Assembly (NCBI GenBank): GCA_043757045.1
Contig: JAYVQC010000241.1
Location: forward strand, 10,410-74,409
Length of the DNA stretch: 64,000 nucleotides
Direction of reading: 5' to 3'
Source of the DNA: Akkermansia sp.
GTDB taxonomy: Bacteria > Verrucomicrobiota > Verrucomicrobiia > Limisphaerales > SIBH01
The translations under genes and the position numbers were made by a program. This document shows, piece after piece, positions 1 to 9,002 of the stretch. Each line of letters opens with the position of its first letter. Positions within the stretch are counted from its first letter, which is position 1. The notes beneath the pieces are model-generated. The model did not search any database. It worked only from the letters and a program-made list of their open reading frames with translations, and had not been told where the DNA came from.

Positions 1-639
1 CGTGCGGCCCCAACGATCCTTCGCCTCCAAATCGTCGCTGCTTGCCTCGTCATGTTCCGGCTTTGTGGGAGTAACGCCTGCTGCCTGATAGTGCAGAGCA
101 GTCCAGCCCAAAGGCCGCGAATCAGCCCCATGCTGAAGGAGAAACTGGATGGAGTTAAAAAGACCACGACGCGACAGGACCGAGAGAGCCGACTCTCCAT
201 GCTCGCTCTCCGTGTCCAACGAGATGCCCCAGTCAACTGTCAGTTGAAGTGCTTGCGCCAGCGTCGCAGCGGGGCCGTAGGCAGCACAGACCGTCATGTT
301 CATTCCCGCCTTGCTGAGGTGATGAATGTTCGCGCCCGCTTCCCGAAGCACCGACAGCTTGTCCAGCGCGTGAAGCTGCGCCGCTACCAGCAGCGGCGTT
401 CCTCCAGACTGCGCGCAGACCAGATTCGGATTGGCTCCTAGTTCAATCATTCTGCGGAGATTCGCCGCGGAACTCAGCGGGCTGGCGACAGCAACGTGAA
501 GCATCGTTGTCTGGTTGTAGAAACCATCCTTCTCGACGTGATTGAGATCGGCCCCGGCTCGGACCAACTGTGCAATTTTCCCCGCGTCTCCAGTTCGCGC
601 CGCACGCCTGAGCAGATGAATGAGATGCTCTTGTTTCAT
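1..639 (-). CDS. Ankyrin-repeat protein; start present, C-terminus runs off the window start
   Basis: Absent from the ORF track because it is open at the window edge. Reverse-complement from ATG (639..637) reads MKQEHLIHLLRRAARTGDAGKIAQLVRAGADLNHVEKDGFYNQTTMLHVAVAS...ELGANPNLVCAQSGGTPLLVAAQLHALDKLSVLREAGANIHH...LGWTALHYQAAG, with no stop down to base 1. It shows the repeated TPL(H/L)xAA...LxxxGA(D/N) ankyrin pattern. The start lies 6 nt after the stop of the upstream gene. Confidence 0.8.
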   Translation of the reverse strand, partial: MKQEHLIHLLRRAARTGDAGKIAQLVRAGADLNHVEKDGFYNQTTMLHVAVASPLSSAANLRRMIELGANPNLVCAQSGGTPLLVAAQLHALDKLSVLREAGANIHHLSKAGMNMTVCAAYGPAATLAQALQLTVDWGISLDTESEHGESALSVLSRRGLFNSIQFLLQHGADSRPLGWTALHYQAAGVTPTKPEHDEASSDDLEAKDRWGRT

Positions 640-645
640 TCCAGC

Positions 646-2079
646 CTAGTTTGCTCGCAGCGCCCGCTGAATCCTCACCGGTGGCTTGAGCGATTGCCCA
701 CCCTCCGGGGCGGCGTGAATGTTTCGCACCACGTCCATGCCCTTGACCACTTTGCCGAAGGCGGCGAAGCCTTGGCCGTCGGGATTGCGTTGGCCGCCGA
801 AGTCTAGCGCGGGCTGGTCGCCGACGCAGATGAAGAAATGATCCTGCGCGCTGTCCGAGCCTTCGCGGGCCATCGAGATGGTGCCGTCGTGATGCTTCAG
901 GCCGGTGTCGCGGGTGCGCTCGATTTTGATGGGCGGGAAAAACTCGTTGGTCTTCGCCAGATTGCCCGAGGCCTGGATGACTTCAATCTTCACCCGGCTC
1001 TGCGGCTGATTGGAGAGCGTGACGGCGCGATGGAATTCGCCGTCGTTATAGAGACCAGCCTGCACGTAGCGCAGGAAGTTCGTGACCGTGTGCGGCGCGG
1101 CCTTCGCGTCCAGTTCGACCTCAATCACGCCCAGCGCCGTCTCGATGGAGACGCGGGGCTTCTCCACGACCGGCGGCGTGCGCCATTGAAAACGCGGAGC
1201 CTTGCCGGCGTCGTAACCGACGAGGTGCACGCGGCCGGCGGCAGAACGCGTGGCCGGCTTCTGGTAGCGCCAGGGGATTTCGCCGAACACCTCGGCGCAC
1301 AATGCGGCGAGGGCAGGATCGTATTCCTTCAACTCCGGGCGCGTATCAACGTGATTATGCAACGCGTCGTTCTGACGGTTGTTGTCGAACCAGCTCTGCA
1401 CGCCCTCGGCCCAATACTCACCAGGATTGGTGGCCGCGTAAGTGCCCTTCCATTTCCCGGCGTTCGTCGCCGATTGATACACCTCGCGCAGACGGCGATT
1501 GAACGTCGAGTCCAGCGCCTGTAACGCCACGCCGTGAATGACGTGCGAAAACTCATGCACCAGAATGTTCTCCGTGGAATACGGATCGCCCGGAAAGCAC
1601 AGCATGTTCTCCTCCGCACAACTCGCGATGCGCCCGCCCAGTCCACGCGCGCGACGATCCCAATAAACCTTCGGCGTCATGTTCGCCTGCTCGGGAATGT
1701 CCGTGGTGTATTCGTTGTGCGCCATGACAACGAGCCGCGCGTTATTGGTCGCGAGAGCACGGAGAATGTCCGCGCGATTGGTCAGCATCTGCCGGACGAT
1801 CCACGCCGCTTCGAGCATGGCGTAATCCGAGACGTTCGAGGAACCGAGCACCGGGAAGCCATCAAGGTCGATGTGTTTTTGGTAAAAGACGGAGAGCTTG
1901 GCGTCGTGGCGGAGCGAATCAGGCACGGGGCCGACGCGTTCAGCGGAAAGCCCGGCGCAGGTGACGAAGAGGATTAACGCAGAGACGCAGAGACGCAGAG
2001 ACGCAGAGAGGGAAAGCAGGGGAACAATGCAATGAAACGACAATCGTGAATGATGTTTGTGATCATTCCGCCTTTGCAT
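646..2079 (-). CDS. Secreted HExxH metallopeptidase-like domain fused to a C-terminal cyclophilin-type peptidyl-prolyl cis-trans isomerase
   Basis: ORF 646..2118. HEFSH (HExxH) motif in the N-terminal half. The C-terminal ~170 aa match the cyclophilin pattern (GVIEVELDAKAAPHTVTNFLRYVQAGLYNDGEFHRAV...GTISMAREGSDSAQDHFFICVG...FAAFGKVVKGMDVV). Start placed at the internal Met (MQRRNDHKHH...) ahead of the signal-like LLSLSASLRLCVSALILFVTCAGLSA. The start is uncertain (2079 or 2118). Confidence 0.75.
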   Translation of the reverse strand: MQRRNDHKHHSRLSFHCIVPLLSLSASLRLCVSALILFVTCAGLSAERVGPVPDSLRHDAKLSVFYQKHIDLDGFPVLGSSNVSDYAMLEAAWIVRQMLTNRADILRALATNNARLVVMAHNEYTTDIPEQANMTPKVYWDRRARGLGGRIASCAEENMLCFPGDPYSTENILVHEFSHVIHGVALQALDSTFNRRLREVYQSATNAGKWKGTYAATNPGEYWAEGVQSWFDNNRQNDALHNHVDTRPELKEYDPALAALCAEVFGEIPWRYQKPATRSAAGRVHLVGYDAGKAPRFQWRTPPVVEKPRVSIETALGVIEVELDAKAAPHTVTNFLRYVQAGLYNDGEFHRAVTLSNQPQSRVKIEVIQASGNLAKTNEFFPPIKIERTRDTGLKHHDGTISMAREGSDSAQDHFFICVGDQPALDFGGQRNPDGQGFAAFGKVVKGMDVVRNIHAAPEGGQSLKPPVRIQRALRAN

Positions 2080-2103
2080 CTCTGCATCTCTGCGTCTCTG
2101 CGC
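1978..2103. repeat. Hairpin element whose arms are tandem octamers (gcagagac)n / (gtctctgc)n
   Basis: The left arm is cgcagagacgcagagacgcagagacgcagagag (1978..2010). The right arm is gcatctctgcatctctgcgtctctgcgc (2076..2103), complementary with 2 mismatches over ~26 bp. The ~65-bp loop holds a second small inverted repeat, gaatgat/atcattc. Confidence 0.85.
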
Positions 2104-2133
2104 TAAATCAGAACTCATTGAAAATCCTCCAGC

Positions 2134-3042
2134 TCACTTCCTCTTCGGCAGCTTCGGTCGTTTCGCGATGCCGTCGTGGATGATCTTCAACACGCGCTTG
2201 CGTTCTTCGCCTTTCAACACGAGGCGCGGTGAACGCACCCACTCTTGGCCGAGGCCGGTTTCCTGCACGGCGAGTTTGATGTATTGCACGAACTTGGTGC
2301 TGACATCGAGGTGCAGCAGCGGGGTGAACCAGCGGTAGATGGCGCGGGCCTCGTTCCACTTTCCAGCGCGGGTTAGTTCCCAGAAGTATTGGTTCTCGTT
2401 TGGAAAGGCGATGCCGCTGCCCGCGACCCAGCCGTCGATGCCGAGGATGCTGGCTTCAAGGCAGAGATTGTCCACGCCGGTGAAGATGGCGTAGCGATCG
2501 CCCACGGTGTTGTGCAGGTCAGTGATGCGGCGCACGTCGCCGGAACTCTCCTTGAGCGCGACGAAGTTTTTCTGATCGGCCAGCTTGGCGAACAACTCCG
2601 GCGTGATGTCGTTCGCGTAGCTGATCGGGTTGTTGTAAATCATGATCGGCAACCCAGTGCTCTTCGCCACGGTGCGGAAGTGCGTGAGCGTCTCGTCGGG
2701 GTCGCCCTTGTAGAGCATCGCGGGCATGAGCATCACGCCATCGGCACCGAGCTTTTCCACATCACGCGTGTAGCGCACGGCCTCGGCGGTGCTCGTCTCG
2801 GCCACGCCGCTCAGAACTTTCACACGTCCGTTCACCACGCCGATCATCGCCTCCATGACGCGGCGCTTCTCGTCGCCGGTCATCGGCTGGTTCTCGCCGA
2901 GCGAGCCAAGGAAGATCAGTCCGTTAATGCCGGACTTGATGAGGGCTTCGACGTGAACGGCGGTCGCGTCGAGATCGAGCGAGCCGTCCTTGTGCATTTG
3001 CGTGGTGATGGCGGGGAAGACGCCGGTCCAGAGGTGTTTCAT
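2134..3042 (-). CDS. DapA-family class I aldolase (dihydrodipicolinate synthase / N-acetylneuraminate lyase family); substrate not assignable
   Basis: ORF 2134..3090. Family-typical blocks: GVFPAITT, GINGLIFLGSLGENQPMTGDEKRRVMEA, VLSGVAETSTAEAV, GADGVMLMPAMLY, PIMIYNNPISY, VALKESSGD. Start set at MKHLWTG (3042), leaving 41 nt to the upstream stop. Confidence 0.8.
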   Translation of the reverse strand: MKHLWTGVFPAITTQMHKDGSLDLDATAVHVEALIKSGINGLIFLGSLGENQPMTGDEKRRVMEAMIGVVNGRVKVLSGVAETSTAEAVRYTRDVEKLGADGVMLMPAMLYKGDPDETLTHFRTVAKSTGLPIMIYNNPISYANDITPELFAKLADQKNFVALKESSGDVRRITDLHNTVGDRYAIFTGVDNLCLEASILGIDGWVAGSGIAFPNENQYFWELTRAGKWNEARAIYRWFTPLLHLDVSTKFVQYIKLAVQETGLGQEWVRSPRLVLKGEERKRVLKIIHDGIAKRPKLPKRK

Positions 3043-3083
3043 TTCAATGAGTTCGTGGTTCGTGGTTCGTGAAAAAAAGTCGT

Positions 3084-4769
3084 TCACCAAGTCAGTTCGA
3101 TCAGGGAAACGGCCTGGCGAGGCAGATTAAATTTGAGCGTGGCCTGACTGTTCTCAACTTGCGTGACGCCGCTGGTGAGCAAGGCCAGTTGTCCGGCTTT
3201 CTCCAATTGCGCGTAATGTTCCACCGTCGGTTGCTGCGGTGAACCAAGCTTATTCCACGCGGTGAAGGCGTTGCTGTGGTCCTGATCGATGCGGAAGTGC
3301 CGCACCTTGGCTTCGCCACTGCCGAGCGAGACGCCGTTGATTTCCAGTTCCACCACGGCGTCCGGGCCGGGCACATCGTCGTCGTGATAATGCCACGCCA
3401 TCACCCAAAGTTTTTTGCCGTCCGCGCTCGCGAGGGCCGCGACGTCTGGTTGTCCGCGCACGCCGTTGCGTATGATGGCGTCGAGCGGGAGCGCGCCACT
3501 GCTCTCCGCGGCAAGGCGGCGACCGTGCATCATGGAGAACATGCGGAAGACATTGAGCACGGGCTTGTCGATGCCGTTGCTGGCGAGCGAGCGAAAGCCG
3601 GCGAAGTATGGCTGGTCCTCGAACTCGAACGCCCACGTCAGCGCGCCTTCAAGATTCACGCCGTGCTTCTCGGCGAGATCGTATTTGCGCGCGAAGCTCG
3701 CCGCCGTGTAGCTCGAATACATCGTGCCGTTGCGATAGGCGAGCGACGGTCCCTGGCACGCGGCGCAACCTTCAGGATCGGATTCGCCGATGACGATGGG
3801 CTTGCTCTTCAACTCGGGATACGACGCCACGATGCGGAAGCCGTCCTCGATGCCGCGCAACTGCGTGGCGATGCCCATGCGGACGTGGCCGTTGGTGGTG
3901 ACGGGCAAACCTTTCGCGTGGAAGGAAATGAAATCAATGGGCGTGCCGATTTTGCCGGTCGCGTAATTCGTTCCGCGCAAACAGTGCTCCAGAAAATCGC
4001 GCGTGAACTTGCCGCCGCTGCCCGCCGTGTCCGCACCGCCCACGCGCGCCGTCGGCAGCGCGCGGCGTACGGCATCAATCGCGTAGTCGTGCAGCTTGCG
4101 GAATTCCGCCGGCGTCCCGCGCCAGTAGCCGATGTTCGGCTCGTTCCACACCTGCCAGTACCATGACTCGACCTCGGCGCGGCCGTATTTCTCCACGCAA
4201 TGTTTCGTCCATTGGAAGACGAGTTCCGCCCACTTCGCGTAGTCCTTCGGAGGATAGGCCCAGCCGGTGTAAATCTCCTCGTAGCGCGCCTTCGGAGTCC
4301 ACTGGTGCTGATACGGCTCCGGCTTGATGGACAACTCCTTCGGCATGAAACCAATCTGCGCGTACGGCCGCACGCCGCGCGCGAGATACGTGTCGAAGAT
4401 GCGGTCCACAATCGTCCAGTCATAGATAGCCTTTCCACTCGCATCCTCGCGATACGCGCCGGTGGAACCCCACTTGAGCGCGGGCGTGCCATCGCCGGAG
4501 GTGAGCAGATTGTGCGCGCGGAAATAAACGTTCTTCGGACTCAACTCGCCAAGTTCCGCCACGAGCTTCCGTCCGTTGGTCATGTAGGCGTAGTTCGGCT
4601 CGTCCGCGCCGAAGAAACGCCAGATGGGTTTCAAACCGCCGCGTGGTTGCGCCGCGTCCACGCGGATGGAGACGGGGAAAGAATTCTCCGCGCAGTGCGT
4701 CACACCGACGAAAGCCAAGGACAGCGCGACCACGAAGCCGCGCACAGTGCATTGAGTGAAGTTAGGCAT
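3084..4769 (-). CDS. Glycoside hydrolase family 39-like (beta-xylosidase/alpha-L-iduronidase-type), secreted
   Basis: 561-aa ORF with an N-terminal signal-like segment (VVALSLAFVGVTHCAEN). WYWQVWNEPNIGYW acid/base block and ISFHAKG, IVIGESDPEG blocks typical of GH39 clan-A TIM barrels. Confidence 0.7.
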   Translation of the reverse strand: MPNFTQCTVRGFVVALSLAFVGVTHCAENSFPVSIRVDAAQPRGGLKPIWRFFGADEPNYAYMTNGRKLVAELGELSPKNVYFRAHNLLTSGDGTPALKWGSTGAYREDASGKAIYDWTIVDRIFDTYLARGVRPYAQIGFMPKELSIKPEPYQHQWTPKARYEEIYTGWAYPPKDYAKWAELVFQWTKHCVEKYGRAEVESWYWQVWNEPNIGYWRGTPAEFRKLHDYAIDAVRRALPTARVGGADTAGSGGKFTRDFLEHCLRGTNYATGKIGTPIDFISFHAKGLPVTTNGHVRMGIATQLRGIEDGFRIVASYPELKSKPIVIGESDPEGCAACQGPSLAYRNGTMYSSYTAASFARKYDLAEKHGVNLEGALTWAFEFEDQPYFAGFRSLASNGIDKPVLNVFRMFSMMHGRRLAAESSGALPLDAIIRNGVRGQPDVAALASADGKKLWVMAWHYHDDDVPGPDAVVELEINGVSLGSGEAKVRHFRIDQDHSNAFTAWNKLGSPQQPTVEHYAQLEKAGQLALLTSGVTQVENSQATLKFNLPRQAVSLIELTW

Positions 4770-4778
4770 GGCGATGTT

Positions 4779-7157
4779 CTAGTTCCAGCGCGGCTCCTTG
4801 CCCAGCAACGAACGCACGAAGAAATCCTGCAACCGACGCTTGCCGTACGGACTGCCCGCGACACCGTGGCCGGCACCGGGCACGACGAGATACTCGAAAT
4901 CCTTGTTCGCCTTGATCAGCGCGCTGACGACTTGCGTGGTGCTGGCGGGGTCCACGTTCTTGTCCATCTCGCCGACCATGAGCAGGAGCTTGCCCTGGAG
5001 ATTCTTCGCGAGCGTCACGTTGCTCTGCTCGTCGTAGTGCTTCTCCACGGGCCAGCCCATCCACTGCTCGTTCCACCAGATTTTGTCCATGCGGTTGTCG
5101 TGGCAGCCGCAGTCGGAGACGCCGGCCTTGTAGAAGTCGCCGTGCGTGAGCAATCCGCCCAGCGCGTTCTGTCCGCCGGCGCTCGTGCCGTAAATGCCGA
5201 CGCGCGAGAGGTCCATCTCGGGATGCCTCGCGGCGGCGGCTTTGATCCAGAGCACGCGATCCGGAAAGCCCGCGTCGCCGAGGTTCTTCCAGCACACGTC
5301 GTGGAATTTCTTCGAGCGCTGACTCGTGCCCAGGCAGTCCATCTGCACGATGATGAAACCCAACTCGGCGAGTTCCTGCATCCGTGGCACGGCGCTGAAG
5401 GTCTTGGGCGTGAACGCACCCTGCGGCCCGGCGTAGATGTTCTCGACGACGGGATACTTCTTCGCGGGATCAAAATTCGTCGGACGCACAATGACGCCGT
5501 AAATGTCCGTCGCTCCATCGCGAGCTTTGGCGACGAAGCGTTCCGGCGCACGCCAGCCTTCTTTCCACAGCGCGCTCAGGTCGGCGGTTTCAAGTTTCGT
5601 GACGAGCTTGCCATCCTCGGCGCGGCGCAATTCCGTCACGGCTGCCATGTCCACACGGGTGTAGCTGTCCACGATGAACTTGCGGTCGGGCGAGAACTCA
5701 ACGGTGTGCGAGCCATCGCCTTCCGTGAGTTGCACGAGGGAACTGCCATCGAAGTTAACGCGGCAGTAGTGAATGAAATACGGGTCTTGCCCCGCAACAA
5801 TGCCGCCGGCGCGGAACCAAATCTGACGCTTCTCCTTGTCCACGCGCTCCACGCCGCGCACGACCCATTCGCCCTTGGTGATTTGATTTTTCACCCGCCC
5901 GGTCTTCGCGTCGTAGAGGTAGAGATGGTTCCAGCCATCGCGCTCGCTCATCCAAATCAACTCGCCGGTGTCGTCGAGCCATTCGAGGAAGTTCTTCCCG
6001 CTGTAATCAATGAAGGTCTGGCTCTGCTCGTCCACGATGGCGCTGGCCTCGCCGGTCTTCGCATCCACGGCGATGATACGCAGCACCTGATGGCCGCGCT
6101 GGTTGTGACGGAAGGTGAAGCGCGAGGAATCCTTCTCCCAACGAATGTCCAGGCTGCCGCTCTCGGTGAAGGGATTCGGGAACAGCGCATCGCTCACGGG
6201 GATTTGTTTCTTCGCCGCCACGTCGAACAACGCCGGGCGCGGATGCGGCAGTTTGTCGCCGGGTTTGTAGTAATCAAACGTGACGAGCTTCGGCTGCACC
6301 TGATCCTTGGGCGAGGACTCGACGAAGCTGACCTTGTGCTCCTGCCCCTTCTTCACGCGCCCGGCGACGACGTGCTGCGAGTCCGGCGACCAGTAGAAAC
6401 GATCCCGATACGCATCGTCGTCCTGGCCGTCCGTGGTCAGCACGGTTTCTTCGCCGGAGGAAACTTCCTTGAGCACGACGTTGAAGTCCTTGATGAACGT
6501 GCGCCACTTGCCATCGGGCGAAGTGTCGCGCGCCTGCGGACGCGGGGCAGCGCCAGCACCACCGCCGCGCGCGCCGCGCGGGCGTGCGGAGACGGCGGCG
6601 TTCGTGGTGATGATGGCGTCGCTGGCTTTCTCCGCGCCCTCGAAGGTCGCGAGCGTTTTGCCCGCAGCATCGACGGCGAGCCAGGCGTGGCCGGCGAAGG
6701 TGTGCTGCTCGCGCTGCGCGCCGGGCGCGAGTTTGCCGTAGCTCTGGCGTTCGCCGTCGGTGGTGAGCCAGAAGAGTTCCACTTCGCCTGGAGTGCGGTT
6801 GATGAAGGTCAGCGACGTGTCGGAGCCGGTGCGATTGCCGGCGCGGAGCGTACCGCTGGTGGCGGCGTTGGTCGCGCGGTTGTCTGGCGCGCGGTCGAGC
6901 TTCTTGCGTTCGCCGGTGAGCGCGCTGATCCAGATGAACTCGCTGGCGTCGCGGGCCATCTTCACCTCGTACCAGAAGCTGGTGTTGCCCGCCTCCCAGT
7001 TGGCCCGCACGCGGTCGCGGAAAACTTTGCCAGAGAACTGCCGCGAGAGATTGGCCGAGCGTTCGTAGTCGGCCTTCGAGCCTTGGGCGAAAGCGTGGAG
7101 CGAACAGAGCAGCGTCAGCACCAGCGCGAGTGGAGCGCGGGCTTTAGCCCGCTTCAA
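4779..7157 (-). CDS. S9B dipeptidyl-peptidase IV-like serine peptidase (beta-propeller plus alpha/beta hydrolase)
   Basis: ORF 4779..7289. The C-terminal catalytic domain has the GxSxGG elbow (IYGTSAGGQNALGG), MVGEMDKNVDP and GAGHG blocks. The DPP-IV-type propeller region contains WSPDSQHV and FSPDRKFI. The first 44 codons of the ORF lie inside a 31-bp-arm palindromic repeat. An in-frame TTG at 7157 gives (M)KRAKARAPLALVLTLLCSLHAFAQ, a canonical signal peptide. The start is uncertain (7157, 7271 or 7289). Confidence 0.85.
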   Translation of the reverse strand: MKRAKARAPLALVLTLLCSLHAFAQGSKADYERSANLSRQFSGKVFRDRVRANWEAGNTSFWYEVKMARDASEFIWISALTGERKKLDRAPDNRATNAATSGTLRAGNRTGSDTSLTFINRTPGEVELFWLTTDGERQSYGKLAPGAQREQHTFAGHAWLAVDAAGKTLATFEGAEKASDAIITTNAAVSARPRGARGGGAGAAPRPQARDTSPDGKWRTFIKDFNVVLKEVSSGEETVLTTDGQDDDAYRDRFYWSPDSQHVVAGRVKKGQEHKVSFVESSPKDQVQPKLVTFDYYKPGDKLPHPRPALFDVAAKKQIPVSDALFPNPFTESGSLDIRWEKDSSRFTFRHNQRGHQVLRIIAVDAKTGEASAIVDEQSQTFIDYSGKNFLEWLDDTGELIWMSERDGWNHLYLYDAKTGRVKNQITKGEWVVRGVERVDKEKRQIWFRAGGIVAGQDPYFIHYCRVNFDGSSLVQLTEGDGSHTVEFSPDRKFIVDSYTRVDMAAVTELRRAEDGKLVTKLETADLSALWKEGWRAPERFVAKARDGATDIYGVIVRPTNFDPAKKYPVVENIYAGPQGAFTPKTFSAVPRMQELAELGFIIVQMDCLGTSQRSKKFHDVCWKNLGDAGFPDRVLWIKAAAARHPEMDLSRVGIYGTSAGGQNALGGLLTHGDFYKAGVSDCGCHDNRMDKIWWNEQWMGWPVEKHYDEQSNVTLAKNLQGKLLLMVGEMDKNVDPASTTQVVSALIKANKDFEYLVVPGAGHGVAGSPYGKRRLQDFFVRSLLGKEPRWN

Positions 7158-7238
7158 CGTGCGAAAGACCGGCGTGCTTCCTTGGTTCGTGATCGTCCGT
7201 GCCAATTCACGTTGAAGCGGGCTAAAGCCCGCGCTCCA
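7131..7238. repeat. REP-like perfect palindrome, 31-bp arms with a 46-bp spacer
   Basis: tggagcgcgggctttagcccgcttcaacgtg (7131..7161) and its exact reverse complement cacgttgaagcgggctaaagcccgcgctcca (7208..7238). Each arm contains its own palindrome, gcgggct-tt-agcccgc. Confidence 0.9.
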
Positions 7239-7323
7239 CGTTGCGCTTTCGGACGGCGTTGCCCATTTCATAGCTTGCAATTCTGGCATCGCGCCTCTGG
7301 CTGTCTTGTCTTAAATAACGCCC

Positions 7324-8106
7324 GTGACCGCCAAAAAACGCCCAGCTTCCAGCGCCCGGCCTGATGTCCGGCTGGCCGCGCTCTGGCCGGTTCTCAGCGT
7401 CACGGCGGAACTGTTCCGCAACGTCCCCGACACCGCGTTCTTCGTGAAGGACGCGGCCGGCCGTTACGCGCTCTGCAACCAGTCGCTCGCCGAGCGGTGT
7501 GGATTCAATTCGCCGGATGGTCTCGTGGGCCGCCGCGTCCGCGACATCTTCCCGGCGGAACTCGGCGAACGCTACGCCGCGCAGGATGAACAAATCATCC
7601 GCACCGGACGCCCGGTCGTGGACCGGCTGGAACTGCACTGGTATTCGCGCCGCCGCACCGGCTGGTGTCTGACCACCAAGCTGCCGTTGCGCGACGCGGC
7701 TGGGAACATCGTTGGTCTCATCGGACTCTCGCGCGACTTGCGGGCGCTGCGCGACAGCGGACAAATCCCCGCCGGACTGCTCGCCGCGATGGAGCATTTG
7801 GAAAACAGCTTTCACGAACCGCTCTCGCCCACGAAGCTCGCGAAGAAGGCCAGCCTCGCTCCCGTCCGTTTCGCGCGGCTCATCAAGCGCATCTTCCGCC
7901 TCACGCCCTCGCAGCTCATCGCGCAACGCCGGCTCGCCGCCGCCTCGCGTCTTCTGCTGGAGACGGAGCGTTCCGTGGCCGACATCGCGCTGGCCTCCGG
8001 CTTCTACGATCACAGTGCTTTCACGCGCGTCTTCCGCGCGGCGACGGGCGGGACGCCGACGGAGTTTCGTAGGCAGAGCAATGACGGGGGCCAGCGACCG
8101 GCGTGA
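7324..8106 (+). CDS. PAS-domain AraC/XylS-family transcriptional regulator
   Basis: 260-aa ORF. The N-terminal PAS-like sensor reads FFVKDAAGRYALCNQSLAERCG...RRVRDIFP...YAAQDEQIIRTGRPV. The C-terminal AraC HTH pair reads LAKKASLAPVRFARLIKRIFRLTPSQLIAQRRLAAASRLLLETERSVADIALASGFYDHSAFTRVFRAATGGTPTEFR. It is divergent from the peptidase operon. Confidence 0.85.
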   Translation: MTAKKRPASSARPDVRLAALWPVLSVTAELFRNVPDTAFFVKDAAGRYALCNQSLAERCGFNSPDGLVGRRVRDIFPAELGERYAAQDEQIIRTGRPVVDRLELHWYSRRRTGWCLTTKLPLRDAAGNIVGLIGLSRDLRALRDSGQIPAGLLAAMEHLENSFHEPLSPTKLAKKASLAPVRFARLIKRIFRLTPSQLIAQRRLAAASRLLLETERSVADIALASGFYDHSAFTRVFRAATGGTPTEFRRQSNDGGQRPA

Positions 8107-8168
8107 CAATTTGACGGCCCTGCCGATTCCTGAAACGCTCCGCGCCACGCAGCCGCCATTTCAATTTT

Positions 8169-8969
8169 ATGGGACCAATTAAATCAACCGTGTGGTTCTG
8201 GATTCACCGGCACCGTCGCAACCGCGCGGTGGCCCGGTTCGCCCGCCTCTGCCAGAACCTCCACCGCGCCTCCGAACATCCCGGTTACGACGTGAACACC
8301 GACGGCGAGCGCGATCTGCTGCGGCGCGCGGTGTCCGGCGCGGTCCCGGTGATTTTCGATGTCGGCGCCAACGTCGGCGACTGGACGCTCATGGCGCGTA
8401 CGGAACATCCGGGCGCGGCTATTCACGCGTTTGAATTAAGTCCACGCACGGCGGATCTACTCGTGCGGCGCGTGGGGAAAATGCCTGGCATCCGAGTTCA
8501 CGCCTACGGACTGGCAGAGCGTTCCGGCGAGATGGATTTTTTCTCCTACTCAGGCGAGTCGAATATTCTCAGCGGACTGCGCGCGGCGATCCACACCCAC
8601 GCGCCGCATCAAATCGAGAAGGCCACCGTGCGCACGGGCGACGAGGTGTGCCGCGAACTGGGCGTGACGCGGATTGATTTCCTGAAAGTGGACGCGGAAG
8701 GCGGCGACCATGAGGTGTTGAAGGGTTTCTCCAACCTGCTGGCCGCGCAACAAATCGAGGTCGTGCAGTTCGAGCATCAAGGCGGGCGCTACCTGCGGGA
8801 CTTTTACGATCTGCTCGAGCCGAAGGGCTACGCCATCGGCAAACTTTACGCGAACTACGTGGACTTCCAGGCGCACTCGTGGAGTTTGGAAATGTTCCTC
8901 GGTCCCAACTACGTCGCCGTGCCGGCGGCGCGGCGCGACTTGATCGAATCACTGCGGCGCGGCTGGTGA
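8169..8969 (+). CDS. FkbM-family SAM-dependent methyltransferase
   Basis: 266-aa ORF with FDVGANVGDWT (SAM glycine-rich loop), IHAFELSP and IDFLKVDAEGGDHEVLKG blocks, characteristic of the FkbM family. Confidence 0.75.
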   Translation: MGPIKSTVWFWIHRHRRNRAVARFARLCQNLHRASEHPGYDVNTDGERDLLRRAVSGAVPVIFDVGANVGDWTLMARTEHPGAAIHAFELSPRTADLLVRRVGKMPGIRVHAYGLAERSGEMDFFSYSGESNILSGLRAAIHTHAPHQIEKATVRTGDEVCRELGVTRIDFLKVDAEGGDHEVLKGFSNLLAAQQIEVVQFEHQGGRYLRDFYDLLEPKGYAIGKLYANYVDFQAHSWSLEMFLGPNYVAVPAARRDLIESLRRGW

Positions 8970-9002
8970 AAAGCCGGAAAATCCGCGTCAAACTTTTCGC
9001 CC

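Noticed and set aside
52-807. Plus-strand ORFs 52..441 and 496..807 from the track
   Set aside because: They are Arg/Ser/Gln-rich and family-less. The opposite strand reads as a clean ankyrin-repeat protein from ATG 639 to the window edge, so these are shadow ORFs.
4200-7364. 1,054-aa plus-strand ORF antisense to the GH39 and DPP-IV genes
   Set aside because: Its composition is dominated by Arg/Ala/Gly/Val/His runs with no motifs, which is typical of an antisense frame in GC-rich DNA. The minus strand carries two well-supported enzymes with catalytic motifs.
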